This document shows positions 1 through 13,342 of a stretch of 64,000 nucleotides of DNA, piece after piece. A program made the translations under genes and the position numbers. The notes below the pieces were generated by a model that was given only the letters and a program-made list of their open reading frames with translations, had not been told where the DNA came from and made no database searches. Source of the stretch: Tubulanus polymorphus (lineage: Eukaryota > Animalia > Nemertea); the NCBI RefSeq assembly GCF_964204645.1, contig NC_134026.1, forward strand, positions 28,306,150 to 28,370,149, given 5' to 3'. Within the stretch, counting starts at the first letter, position 1. Each line of letters begins with the position of its first letter.

Positions 1-108
1 AACTTTATCAACCTACAATTTTCAATAGATACAGACACAGATTCAATACAGATATTTTCAAAATGCTGATACGACTTGGACTCAAGTTACTACGAGCTAT
101 TAATTTAC

Positions 109-3100
109 CTGTTGATCTAGAAGGACGTAGTTATTGTCAGTCAGAACTCCTGCCACAGCATCGTTGAAGTTTGGATACGGAACACGAGGACAGTCGAGAC
201 CGGGAAACAGATCAGAAATCAGACCTCTGAATAACGGTACATCTTCATAAACGAACTTAGGTAAGTTCATATCTCTTAAAGCTCTCATGAGGACAACGTC
301 TTCGGGATAATCAGGGGAGCCACGTTTCAATTCACCAGCCATAACCAACACGGATTTCAGGGCTCTTAATCCGAAATCATAATGGTATTGTTTAGAAAGC
401 TGCTCTTTTGCAAGCTTGTACAATACTGTCATTTTCTTGGCTAGAACCTACAATAGAAATTACATATGTGAAATTCAAAATCCTTACTGACTACATTCAT
501 CTTTGCTATTAGTACAATCAAGAACGAACCTTAGCCATGAGGAAACCTTCAGAAAACAACATAATCTCACAGATCTGTTGAAGATCGGGTACAATGACAA
601 CGACAGGACGAAACAATGCCTTCACAGATTCAGGCAGTTCAGTACGGCCGGCATAACCCGGATTCATTGTGATGAAAATACCCATACGACAATCCATGTT
701 GATTTCTTGGCCTTCGAACTACAAGAAATAATATTCCGTTCAAAAATTCATAATTTCAAGCATTTTCGAAAATAAAATATATGGAGGGAAACTAACGTGG
801 AATCTCTTCAGTTTGAGAATGAGCGCATTTTGTATGGTTTTCAGTTGAGTTGAGATGACAGATAATACAGATACATCAATACGATTAAACTCATCGAAAC
901 ATCCCCAAGCACCGCACTGAGCCAAACCAGAGAATATTTTACCAACAGCCTGGAAAATGAATACTTGCAAACATAAGATATTTCATCAAATTGTTTAAAT
1001 TTCAAGTTCAGTCTGATTACTGTACCTTATAATCCATGCCTTCACCACAATTTGTCACGACGCACAACAAACCAAGAGCTTTGGCCAAATCCTTAGTGGT
1101 TTCAGTTTTACCAGTACCAGCAGGGCCTGCAGGAGCTCCTCCGAGGTTCATCGATAATGCCTGCAAAATCAATCAGCCATTCTTTGAATAATTACCACCA
1201 CATAAATCAATGCAGAATTTGATATCCGAATCATAAAAATTAACATACCTGAGTGAGGGTCAGATAGATTCGATCAGTCAGTGGTGTTATAACTAATCGA
1301 CCATTCAAACCCATGTATTCATAACCATATCCGAATTCTCCGGTACATTGTCGCACCAGTAACTCATCAGGTTCACGTTCCCAGTAAAAACGTAGCTGAC
1401 TCTCCCATTCGAATTCACGCGCATCCATTATACTGTTAGGAGAAAATCAGTTTTAAGTACTTCGTTCTCAGGCCAAAAGGGGTCAGGAAGAGTAATTGAA
1501 AATCGTAATTTCTCACCTGTCTCTGACAAAACCATCGATAATATCACGAGCGTGTACATCGATGATCAACACGGAATTGAATTTCTTACGATCGTTCACA
1601 GACAACGGAGATCGTACTTGTACGACCAGGGCATCAATCTGCTTGTGAAGTTTCTTCGCGTAATCTTTCAGCGCCATTTTCTGGCCTTTCTTTACCTTTC
1701 GGAAAACATCTTCGACCTCCCACGTCCACCACACCTGATTACCGGCTAGACAAACCATACCTTGATAATCCATCATCCACTCAACTCTGTGTATAATAGA
1801 GAAAATATCATGAAAGTTGGGAGGGTAAACATTTATATCAAGATTTGTATAAGAATCAAAGGCAAACCCAGGACCACCTTTAGAGGTGTTACGTGACACA
1901 ATGGCTATTTTATCATCGAAAAGGCACATTGGAGGTGCATTAGCAATTAATGCGTCGCCTTTGAAAATTTTTGGATGGGTGAGATGCATCCTTCTAAGAT
2001 ATAACATGGGGTCTGAGACAAGGAAACGTAGATATCTACCATCAATAGGTCAGATAGATTATCATTGACCAAAAAGAAAAGGGCAACTCCAAACACAAGA
2101 AGATCTTTGACATACGCACAATACCCTCTGGATCTGCACCAGAGAAAAAAATGATATTCACCTTGTTTTACCAGTTCCGCCGTAGTAGAATATCGCTTCT
2201 TTTGTGATGAGTCGATTTGCCTTCCTCATTTCACCGAGAACTTGCGTCATCCATTCCTCCACGCGACCTTCAGCGCTGACGTTAGTGCGGAATTCCATGA
2301 TTTCACCCTCACTCGACGCCATCGCATTGGCTAACATTTCATTATTCGGACCTTTGTGGAATCTCAGAGAGGCGATATTGTCAAACATCTTAAATGGAAA
2401 ATATGAATTCATATAATATCAACTTAAAATTAAGAATTATAGGAACTTTTCACAGTCGATATTTCGAGGGCAGGAATGAAAAAATTAAGTCAGTGGTTCT
2501 ATTGAAAAATAAGGCCTTACCTTAATCATATGTTCTTGTACACATTCAGGATCACTACTACCGAGAATACTGAGCAATTCATCATCCGAAATAAAAAAGA
2601 ATCTCGGGAAAGCGTTACGCTTAGAATCGAGGTAATCGTTTAATGATTTCTGACATTTTTCTAAACCTTGACTCAAATTATCCAAATCAGTCAGTCGATT
2701 CTGCGCGTGACAAGCTTGTTTGATGTTTGGAACTTTGGCAGTTTCATTCATTATCTGAAATGTGGTTTAGATTACGAGTTATAGTAGTGAAACATAACAT
2801 GGACAATGATGATGATGATAATGAGAATGTATATGAAATTTTACCTTCTTGAATGTTTTGTCAATTTGATCAAATTTCTTGGCTTCTTCGGGTAACTGAG
2901 ATCGAATATCACCTCCGATAAATATACCCTCTAAATACATCCATTTTCGTTGTACAACCATCCATATCTATAAACGCAATGGTTTCGGATGACTTCAGAA
3001 ATTGAGCTATCAAAAGGCAAACACCGATATACAGTACACTGATTTACTTACATCAAGAACCTCGCTGATGTGTGACAAACTTTTCTCCCAATTCTGTACG

Positions 3101-6100
3101 GAATTCATGAAAGGACCGATAAACCGTGAAGCTGACATACTCTGTAAGTTCATCGCATTATCATCGAGCACCTGCAACACTTCATCAATCGCGCCCAGAA
3201 TGAATCCTCGGTTTGACGTTCCTTTCATATAGCTGATTACATTGAATTTCAGATTATTCCAAGTATCTTCTACTTCTCTTACGCCCTAGAAAATACCAGC
3301 CAAGTTTTAGGGGTACATTTCACAGACAATATTCATGAATCTCTTTCATTCTTGTTTCATATGTTACCTTTTCAATGCTCAACTCTTTAGTAGCGCACGT
3401 CACTATTTCGTTGATAGCATCTTGGAATCTGTGAAGTTCCATGGAGAAAATATTCTCCAGCGTGAAAGTATCCGGGTTCATTTCGAATGCTTGTCCCGTT
3501 TTTTCCATCAAGTCTTTCCAATGACTGAAATAACATAGATCATCTTTAATCGAATACTTCGAGTTAAACTACACAAACCGGGAGAAGGGAGAGGTGCACC
3601 TACCGCTCACGTAATGCCTCATTTTTCAAGTCCATAAACAACGGCAATGAATCGCGGAATTCCCTCATCTTTTCTTCGATCATTCGAGCAACAGGCATTG
3701 ATTTAATATCTCGAGGTAGTTTTCTTAAGTTCTTCAGGTAATTCTCGATACCTTCCTGAAGCACTTGGATGTTCAGATTAGCCCACAATGTCTCAGCCCA
3801 TTGCTCTCTGGCTTTCTATAGAATCAAATAATATACAGGTAAATTTATTGTTGATTCTATAATGAAATAATTAGAACAAGAATATATCGTAATCTCTTAC
3901 ATTTTGTTCTTCAAATATCGCGTAGACAAGTTCCATGCCCTTGAATTCTTTCTGTACTTGAAGAAGATCGGGGTACATTGTAATGGGTAGATCAAACAAT
4001 CGTTCAGCATTAGCCAGTTCTTGTCTCTCAGCTTCATGCTTGGCTAGGATTTCGCCGTACTTTTTCATCAACTGCAAACCTGATTTCAAGAGAAATTAAT
4101 CGCGATTAAATTATTGATATTAAACGCGACAATTTCATATATAGTATTTCTAAGATAACTAGTTCTACACCAACCATTGTCCAAATTGCCGCCAACAGCT
4201 CCCGGACCTTCCATGTGAAATTCCTCTTGGAATTTCTTCAGTTCGTCTCCGAATTCTTGGATCTGTTGCTGCGTGATTTCCGTGAACTTTTTCTTCACTA
4301 CGATGAGACTAGCGTCGACATTTTTCGACTCCAACACGAGATCATTCCACATCTCCTGTATAACTAATTGTAATTCTTTCTCCTCTTCCGTTGCCTTAAT
4401 GAATTCAAAGTTTGAGAACAGTGAACATACCATACAAAACTAATTATCTATACCGACATGCAATCATATTTCGAACTTACCTCGAGGCCATACATATCTA
4501 ATGTCCGATATCTTTCTGTGATATCGCGAACACGAGATTCAACTTCCATTGACATATTCTTGATATCAGAAATCGTGCGAAGGACAGATTTCAAATCTTC
4601 TAATGTATCCGGAGATTCTTTCAAATCCTTTGACTTCGTCTAGAAATTAAATTTGAAGATTGAAATTAGTAAAAATCAATATTTCATAGACTGTAGGAAA
4701 AACGAACTTTTCACCTTACAAAAATTACCTCGATTTCTTCTTTCAGAGAATACAAAGTTGATTTAGCAGAATCAACCAACAGTTTACCATAGCAATCAAT
4801 ATATTGTTTAGCGTGTTCTTTGACAGCACGAGCGAGTGGTTCCATGTGTAGACGAATGCATTCTTGATCTTTCACCATCGCCTTAGCATCTAATTCATCG
4901 ATTATCTTATAGAAGAATTGGAAACGATCGTCGAAGTTAACCACGGACGGGTTTCCTAACATCCACTTCTCAGCGAGCTGCGTCTGCAAATAATGGGTAG
5001 AAATTATAATAGAACATAAACAAAAAACAATATTTCTAAGGTAGGATTTGATTGGCCTCTACCAATAATCTGTAAACCTGATAGAAGCAGCCAGTCGACT
5101 AAGCATTCCCGAATTGCTATTCCTAAACCGGAAAATAGGTTCAAACAAAACCTGCCTAATTCTAGGATTCCTAAATGATACCTTATCTTGTTTCCAGACG
5201 GTGCGATATTTCTTCCACGTGTTCAGATATTTGGTTAGGTTCGTGATCGTGTTCTTGATGTTCGACTGAATCATTTGATACAATTCTACAACTTCGGGAT
5301 GAGCAGAAATATCGGAGAAGAACGTGAAGAAATACGGTTCATCTTCGCCGTCAACTTTCTGCGGTAACGTCTCAATACAAGTTCCATTCATCCATCGTAT
5401 GAAGAATTTGGCCCTTGATAGTAGAATTAAGAAGATGGTTAGTGATGTGAATGTAGATTTTAGTTTGCTGTGGATACATTTTCTATACATACCCCTCTAC
5501 ACAGTCTCGAACGCACTGAACAGTTAGTTTATACATTTCATTAGCAGATGGATGAAGGACGACGTCTGGTACAGCGAGCAATGTCTGTACTTCAAACAGC
5601 GGCTGTTTGCCCGTTATTGCCGTGTTAAACTTCTGTAAGTTGCTAATTATCAACTAAAAATCAATGAAACCTTTGAAGATATCTGTACATCATCTGAGGC
5701 ATTATATACGTAATAAAGAATTCAACAAATCATACCTTGCAAAGAGAATCATAAACTCTTCGTTCCCAGAATGAATAATATTGCGCTAATTTCAGTGACT
5801 TTCCTGTATTAGTGTGTACGACCAGACCTTCCATTTTAGTGAGTAATGGACCGATAGCCCGGTATTTTCTCGCCAAAGTCTCCAAATCTTTAGCACGTTC
5901 TTTTTCGATATGTTCATAGAATTCCTGGGAAAAATTTAGGGGACTTGCATACAAAACCTTAAATTTCTTTCAATAAGAAATTTTCTTATTGGAATACTTT
6001 ATGAGCGACTCTCTTACCTTACAACCCGGCAAATCTTCACCCAGTTTCGGAGGTGGTGGTTTGAACAGATTGCTGTTTTCAATGATCTGTAATCTCGACA

Positions 6101-9100
6101 ATATATCCTTGGCATTCTTCTGAATTTGGTTGACTAGAGATTCGAATTTACCAATTGCCTGTCAAACAAATCAGATGTCATAAAAGAATGCCTTCATCAT
6201 CTACGCAGAATCAGGTTTTTGATGAGTGTATTTCTGACATACCGAGTCACATTTAGCAATGAAATCACTGATTCCAAGAGAATTCCAATTCAAACGTCGA
6301 CTTCCTGGACGAATCACACGACGCAAGTCTCTCATATGATCTTCTAACAGATTTGTCTATGATGACAAGGAAAAAATAACACTATTCGGGTATGCAAAGA
6401 ATTAAACTGGTTTAGTGTAATATCATATCGTACAAACCTCAGCATTATCCAATGAATTCAGTATGTTGTGGTATCTATTCAACATCTGAGTCAATCCATC
6501 AACATACTTAATGTATTTTTCTTCCTACAAAAAAATTTTGAAACTAACTACCTATACTTTTATATGTATTGATACAATATATATATACAGTGTTGTCAGG
6601 TTGTACACCAGAAATGGTAATGATTAATGCCTACCTGTAAAGCAACATTTCTGGCAAGTTCTGGTACTGAAAATCCTAGCTGTTCCATGTGTTTGGTTTC
6701 AGTCACTATCTCAGACAAAAGCGGATCGAAATCAACTAAATACTTGATCTCCGCCTGACCTTCTAAAATTTAAAACAATCAGCATTATACTAGGAAACTA
6801 ACTATGCTAACTGTCAGAAAGAGAAAAATGAATTCACGTGCTATACTATAAAGGAGCAAAAAATGGTGCCTGATTGATCGAAAAATGGAACTAGAAATAC
6901 ATTTGTACAACACCATCTACATAGAGAAGAAATCAACAATACAAACAACAACAGTTTTACCAAATATATTAGGATCTATGACTTCATCCTCAATTCTGAT
7001 TGACACAGGACCTATGTATACATATGCGTTAATAAAATATAAAACTGAAAAACTCAAGTTCGTTATCTTCAGTAAACTCAACTTACCTCCATCTTCTTTA
7101 GGGGCATCATTCTCAGCCTGTTCTTGCTGCTGATGAGTTTTCTCGGATGGTTTGATGAGCAGATTACGTTTCAGTAGAGATGGCAGCACTTGTTCGACGC
7201 TTTCGCGCCACATATCATATTTCAAATCTTCGTACGCTTTCATTTGTTTACCAACATGCAGATATTTGGCTCTGGCCTATGGTCGAATAAAGAGAAGAAA
7301 TAAGTTCATTTTCACCTCTATTAAAAGAACTAAAACGTTGGATATAAATACTCGATATTTACAGCTTTTCCTTGGTCACTGGTCATCATATCTTCCATAG
7401 TCTGGAATCGTATTATTGTATGTTTCATTCGATAGAACAGAGATCTCTCCCAGTGAATAGAACCAGCTACTGGTGGGTTGTTCTTATTCAGCGGAGGATT
7501 TTCTTTAAATTCTTGATACAGTTTGTCCATTAGATCAACTTCTTTTCCGTACTGTAGAAGAATATCGTTGAATTTCTTCATCATCTGAGAATTGATGGCT
7601 TCACGCGAGCGAATGTGTTTGAATTTCAACAACATGTCAAAAGCACCCTCGGCTGAACGAAGAGATTTGAATGATTCATCGATGAACATCTTAGCTTCAT
7701 TCTCAATAGATTCCACCTCTCTGTAAAACCAGTCCATCACACTTTTCCACGACGCCTGATGGCGAATATTGAACGGATCAAAGCTAACCTAAAACAGAGA
7801 ACATGGATTAGTCAAGATTAGATTACAAATTTTACACATTTCTTTCATCAAGTGTGTGAAGCCCAAAGTCTCTATACAGCCGAATTTGACTTTTTATGCA
7901 TCCGGCCTCATAGATAACTGTTGAAATTATGTTTGTGTATTCTTTGTAACATCTTATACGGTTTAAAGCAAATAAATATCAACAATCTTAAATAATATTT
8001 AGAAATAACATTATTGTACCTCTTCTAATGGTCGCACTAATGCATCGACTCGTTTCAAGACATCCTCAATTCTCTTCGGGTCGCCGGTCACTGCTTTCAA
8101 CTCGGGTCCGAAAATATTATAGAACTCTTCGAGAACTTGCGCTACGTTGTACAGATCCTGATTGATCGAAGCCATGTAGTTGGTCCTTTCAAAAAGTCGT
8201 CTACGATCGAATTCCCATCGGGCATCTCGACCCGATGCTTCGATTTTGTTGCGCACTTCGAAGTACGACTCTCTCCATAGATCGAGCATTCGTTTAGCGT
8301 CGCTGGTCATCGCTTTCACTTCATCCGGCGTTCCGTTATACAGCGTTCTAACGTTGATAACTCTGGCGACGCGTTCGGCTTGTTCCCACGCGATGCGCTC
8401 CATCAGCGGTACCATACGCTCGTCGCGGTTATAATGACGCGAGATAATCCACACCATTCTCAAAGCGTTCATCATCGACGGAATCGTGTCGATCACGACG
8501 CTGAACGTGGCGCCGTGCGTGATATTCTTGAAATGTCGTTCGAGCGTCGACAGAAATCTGACGTTATCTTTCGCCTCCGTGTGATATCTGATCAAATCGC
8601 CGTGGTGATCTTCGATACCGGATTCTAATTTATGATACAAGTCGAAAATACGAACGACTTTCGGTAATTTCAGTTGTTCGACCAGAGCGCTGAGGGCTGC
8701 ATTTCTTTCACGCCAGAAATCGATTTCGGCCAACGGACCGTTTCCTTGAGGCACTTTCTTCAACTGTTGATCCAGTGCTGATTGTAATTGCGTCAACCAA
8801 TTCGAAGCTATCTTCTCGATTTGCGACATCAACTCGGCGTTTTTCAAATTTTCGTTATCGTCGTTCGCCAGCGAAATGTCCGGAATTTCCAGTCGAACTT
8901 CGCCTTCGATCTGTTGAATCGTGCGATTGATACTGACGGCGAACTTCTGCATATTAATCAGGAATTCGTCGCGTAACATCGCTTTAGCTCTAGAATCAGC
9001 GGCGTTTTCAACTCGAGATGATTCCGAATCGGCTTTAGATACAGTCGTTTCCTCACGCGAAGACAATTCCGCCTTTACATGTTCCGCTTCTCCATTTTTC

Positions 9101-10521
9101 TGTTGCGTGTATGATAACAATGGCATATATATCTAAAATAGAACGAGGTATGACTTAACTCGAGTATGAGCACAAAATAGTAGCTGATTTACGAGTAAGA
9201 AAAATACAAAACAGGCAAAACCCACAGTTGATGATTTAACGATCTATTCTGTCAATTCCAAAGTTTTGACTTAACTTCACCATCAGAGAAACAAAAATAA
9301 CGTTCAGGCTCTTTCAAAAGTATTAAATATCAAAAGTATTGTAATTGCTCATTAACTCTGAATACTGAGATTAATATCAGTCTACCAGTCATAAAACATG
9401 CAGTTTGGTTCAAAATAGCAGTTCTGACTAAGTGTTTTAAGATGGAAGAGTGAACTAATGGAATTATACAGAAATGGACAACAATGGCAGAACAATCTTA
9501 TCGCAATTTACCTTTGAAATGACTTGTTCCAACATGACCAGCGAATGCCCATTTAAGATTCCAATTTCGAACATCGCCGGCAACATTTCATCGGCTTCTT
9601 CTACGTTATTTGGCAGCGGAACCATTCCTGGTGTATTCCGCAGGAAATAAACGCAATCCTTATTTGCAGCGACATCTTCGGGCAAATGTTGAAAGCACAT
9701 GTGTAGATATGTGTGCCAAACTTTCTGGATTACAATTTTCTGAAGAAGAAATAAAGATGTTTCGTTCAGAAATTGAATTATCAAGACAGTAAATTCTCAT
9801 TCTAATCGTTGATCATTTACCGTTGTGACAGCAGCAACTTTTTCAGGTTCAGAGACAGCACCTTCTGTTAGTTCAGCCAGCGCTGCCTCATCAGCCATTG
9901 GTTCAGCTTCTGCTTCGGAATCTTTCTTCTCTTCCGTCAAAGGGGTATCTTTACCAGCCTTTCCACCTTTCTTTCCTCTCTTTGCTGGGTCGAAATGAAA
10001 ACGATTTTTAAGTTTAACGATTCAAGAAGTGATTATTTCAATGAGTTGATGCGCGATAACTTACATTTTGATTTTTTGCCATCAGTATCAGGAGTTGCAG
10101 GCGCTGATGAAGCAGTTGTTAATTCTTCAATTGCAGGAGTTTGTGCAGGAGTTTCTTCATCGAGTGTATCGGTGAATTCTTCTTCTTGAATATCAGGAAT
10201 TTCGGGCTCTGAAAATCAATTTTCAAGATGGCATATTATTTAGGGACAGCTCCTATGAGGAATTAAAAAATGTCTAGCTTAAAAAACCGAAATAAAATAC
10301 TAACCACATTCAATTTCAACTTCTTCTTCCTCTTCCACTTCTGTTTTATAAAACAGTAAAGCTGAATTGTGTTCTTCTGGAGTCTCATTCAAAAACTTAG
10401 CAATTTCTCGTTCAAAAACTCCATCATCTCTGTTCAATAATTCCTCATAAACCACTGCGTCCAAAATATTCAACCCATCAAATACTCGGTTTCTCAACCA
10501 TTCGATTCTCGGGTCATCCAT
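109..10521 (-). CDS. DNAH10: Dynein axonemal heavy chain 10 (inner arm I1/f alpha type), multi-exon, 3' part continues beyond window start
   Basis: The N-terminus [17 protein letters not shown]...LLNRDDG is typical of DNAH10. Tail motif [13 protein letters not shown], linker [20 protein letters not shown]1 P-loop [19 protein letters not shown] (~1080-1140), [10 protein letters not shown] and [18 protein letters not shown] are present. Many short GT-AG introns. Confidence 0.95.
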
Positions 10522-10841
10522 TTTGCCGATAAAACTGTTGTTTTTTTCGTTGTTTCTATAGAATTCTCATGAAAATATCGTCATTTTCGGTCGGTTACTA
10601 TTACTGCAAAAGTTTTACTGAAATTATCCAACAACGACCTAACATCAGTACAGGTGCGAGTCATGCGCGTAGAAATAGTGCGTATGTTTATTTCCAAATA
10701 TTTGTTCAGCCGTAAGACTATGATAGAAACTCTTTCGAATTCTGAATAAATTTGCTTTTTTGCAATTTAAAAGTGCATATAAGGAGGGTTTTTCAATTAA
10801 TGGAGTAAATGAAACTAATATTTCACTTCTCAACCATAGCC

Positions 10842-10971
10842 GTTGTTAAGGACGCCGTACTGCAATACGCCGCGTATTCATCTTCAGGACAGGCAGCCTC
10901 GAAAATCAGGACTCGAACCCAACTCATCAAAAATAATTGATCACATGACTGCCACGGCTCAAAATGGTGGC
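10842..10971. promoter_or_regulatory. Bidirectional DNAH10/PIGL promoter motifs: imperfect RFX X-box-like site, B-box, E-box, YY1-like site
   Basis: GTTGTTAAGGACGC at 10842-10855; GGTTCGAGTCC on - strand at 10909-10919; TTGATCACATGACT at 10937-10950; CAAAATGGTGGC at 10960-10971. The two ATGs are only ~530 bp apart and divergent. Confidence 0.45.
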
Positions 10972-11052
10972 TGGCCATTTTACTGTCGAATAAGGGCAAG
11001 GCATCGAATAACTATATTAAACATCAACCTATTCGTGGTATATTGACGTGCC

Positions 11053-12364
11053 ATGATACTTCTGTTTTGCCTGACGCTGTACATGCTGATATGTGCACTG
11101 ATTTATGTGTATTTATCGCTTTTTCCCGTGTACAGCAATCGTTTCTCAAGAATCGGATGGAAAAGAAAGATTATGTTCGTGACGGCTCATCCAGATGATG
11201 AATGCATGTTCTTTACTCCATCTATACTCAGTATGATAGCATGCGGACATTCTGTGTACCTTTTATGTTTGTCAACGGGTATGTATTATAGTGAAAATGC
11301 CATTCAGTAAATTATTGCTGCGGCTTTGTGGTAGAACAGATTTGCAAATATCTGCTTCATGAATGATTAAATTTGAAACTATGATGTACCGTATATAGCC
11401 AGTGGGGATTCTATTTTAACTTCAATCTGTGTATCGATTATATGTTCTTTGTAGGAGATTACTATGGGGAAGGTGAAAAACGCAAAGAAGAATTATTCGA
11501 AAGCTGTGAAATTCTTGGTTTACCAGTCGAGAATGTATCATTAGTAGATGATAAGTATGTTATTAGAAATTTCTTCCAAAATGAATCGAAAATTGATGGA
11601 ATTTTATATTTAAAATGAATGACCTTTCAAACATTTCCTACTTGTAGAGCTCTTCCGGATAATCCAAATGTTACTTGGGATCCGGAACGAATTTGCTATC
11701 ATACATTTGAAATGGTGAAAAAACATGACATCAATACTGTAAGCGAAGAATTCCTATTCTGAATTGAAACATTGTTAATCAATCTCAATTATGTCTTAAT
11801 TTATAAATCTGTGATTTTAGATAATTACATTTGATGCTGGTGGTGTTAGTGGTCACAATAATCACTGTAATCTTCACTGGGCATTCTGGAGATGCCTGTT
11901 CCAGAATAGGATTCCAAAAGGTTTGTAGATGTGAAAGTATAAAAGAGATAAAGAAAATGGTTGATATCTTCATATTTCATGTCCCTTAATTATATATTTA
12001 CAGGTGTTGAAGTGTTTACCTTACAATCCATAAGTTTATTTCGTAAATACTTATTTATATTTGAACTTCCCGTCAGTTTTATCAGATCGAAACTTCTATT
12101 TGTCTCCAATTTGAAATCTATTATTCAAGCTAGGGTAAGTTTATTTCTGATTCTACGATGCATCGCTTTATGTAAAATACCTAGATAATAAGTTTGTATT
12201 TTGTCTTACAGGAAGCGCTTCAGGCTCATAAAAGTCAAATGGTTTGGTTTAGATACTTGCACATGATCTTTTCAACATATATGGTTATCAATACATTGAA
12301 AGAACTGAAGTTAAACAGACCACGCACCTATAGCAATAAAGTTTATGCTGATGTAGTATCATAA
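11053..12364 (+). CDS. PIGL: N-acetylglucosaminyl-phosphatidylinositol de-N-acetylase, 6 exons (~11053-11278, 11455-11554, 11649-11738, 11822-11920, 12004-12134, 12212-12364)
   Basis: N-terminal TM helix, then AHPDDECMFFTPSI, LCLSTG, ITFDAGGVSGHNNH, and AHKSQMVWFRYLHMIFSTYM. Splice sites give one continuous frame to TAA at 12362-12364. Confidence 0.95.
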
Positions 12365-12888
12365 AGTGGTGAATTAATGATCACAATATTTTAAGTTATT
12401 CCAGTCCAATGTCTGAATTCTGTCTCAGTCATCGAATAATTGCGGATTGACCAAACTTTTTCTTCACATTGAAGATTATTAGTTAGATTATCTGGCTACT
12501 GTCTTATTAATTACTGTATCCAAAAGCAAAACAGTTGAACTGGAAATGCATTTTTAAGTTTTGTAGTGTCTGTATTGGTTGTAAATTTTAGTGTTTTTCT
12601 AAAAGATAATAAAGATTATTTTTATGTTTAAAAGGTAACGTTTTTCTATTGTCTCATTTTCCCATCTCTTTGCTACATCAATAGGAAGGGCCTGCCGCCC
12701 GATGAATGGACGGAGGAGTCGGGGCTCTGGTTCGAACCTTTAAAGTTAGATAAACCACGGACTACATAAAGGAATCGTCCCTCGTATAACGACTGTAAGA
12801 CAACGATTCCACTCGCCGCAAGAGCGTATAAATCTTTGAAACTGTTGTCTTAAACCAACCTGGTTTCACAAAGACATTTGAAGATGGT

Positions 12889-13342
12889 TATTGGAATATT
12901 GAACAAAAATTCCACAATCATCAGTGTGCTTATACCAACTGAAACTAATAACATGATTTTTTTTCAATTTGATTAATTTTTGATTTATTGATATTTGTGT
13001 TTTTGGGATTTCCCGCCCGCCAATAGGACCTTAAAACAAATATGCCTAATATTCTATCTTCGTCCGGGCAAATCTTCTTTGACTAAGTTTATCGGAATAT
13101 CCAAACAAAAATGAATTCCACAATTATCAGTGTACTTATTTATACCAACTTAATCTACTGAATTTCGGTCTTTCGAATGTTGAAAAACTGCTTATATCAA
13201 ATTTTGTTAAATCTGATCAACGTTTGATACGTTAATGATCTGTTTGTTGTCATACTGGTGTTTTTGAGATATCCCCGTCCGCAATAGGACGAAACAAATA
13301 TGCCTAATGTTCTATCTTGGTCTGGGCAAGTCTTCTTTGACT
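12889..13342. repeat. Diverged tandem duplication (two copies, ~200 and ~250 bp)
   Basis: Shared blocks ttccacaat.atcagtgt.cttat, caataggac, aaacaaatatgcctaat.ttctatctt.gtc.gggcaa.tcttctttgact occur at 12889-13084 and 13089-13342. Confidence 0.8.
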
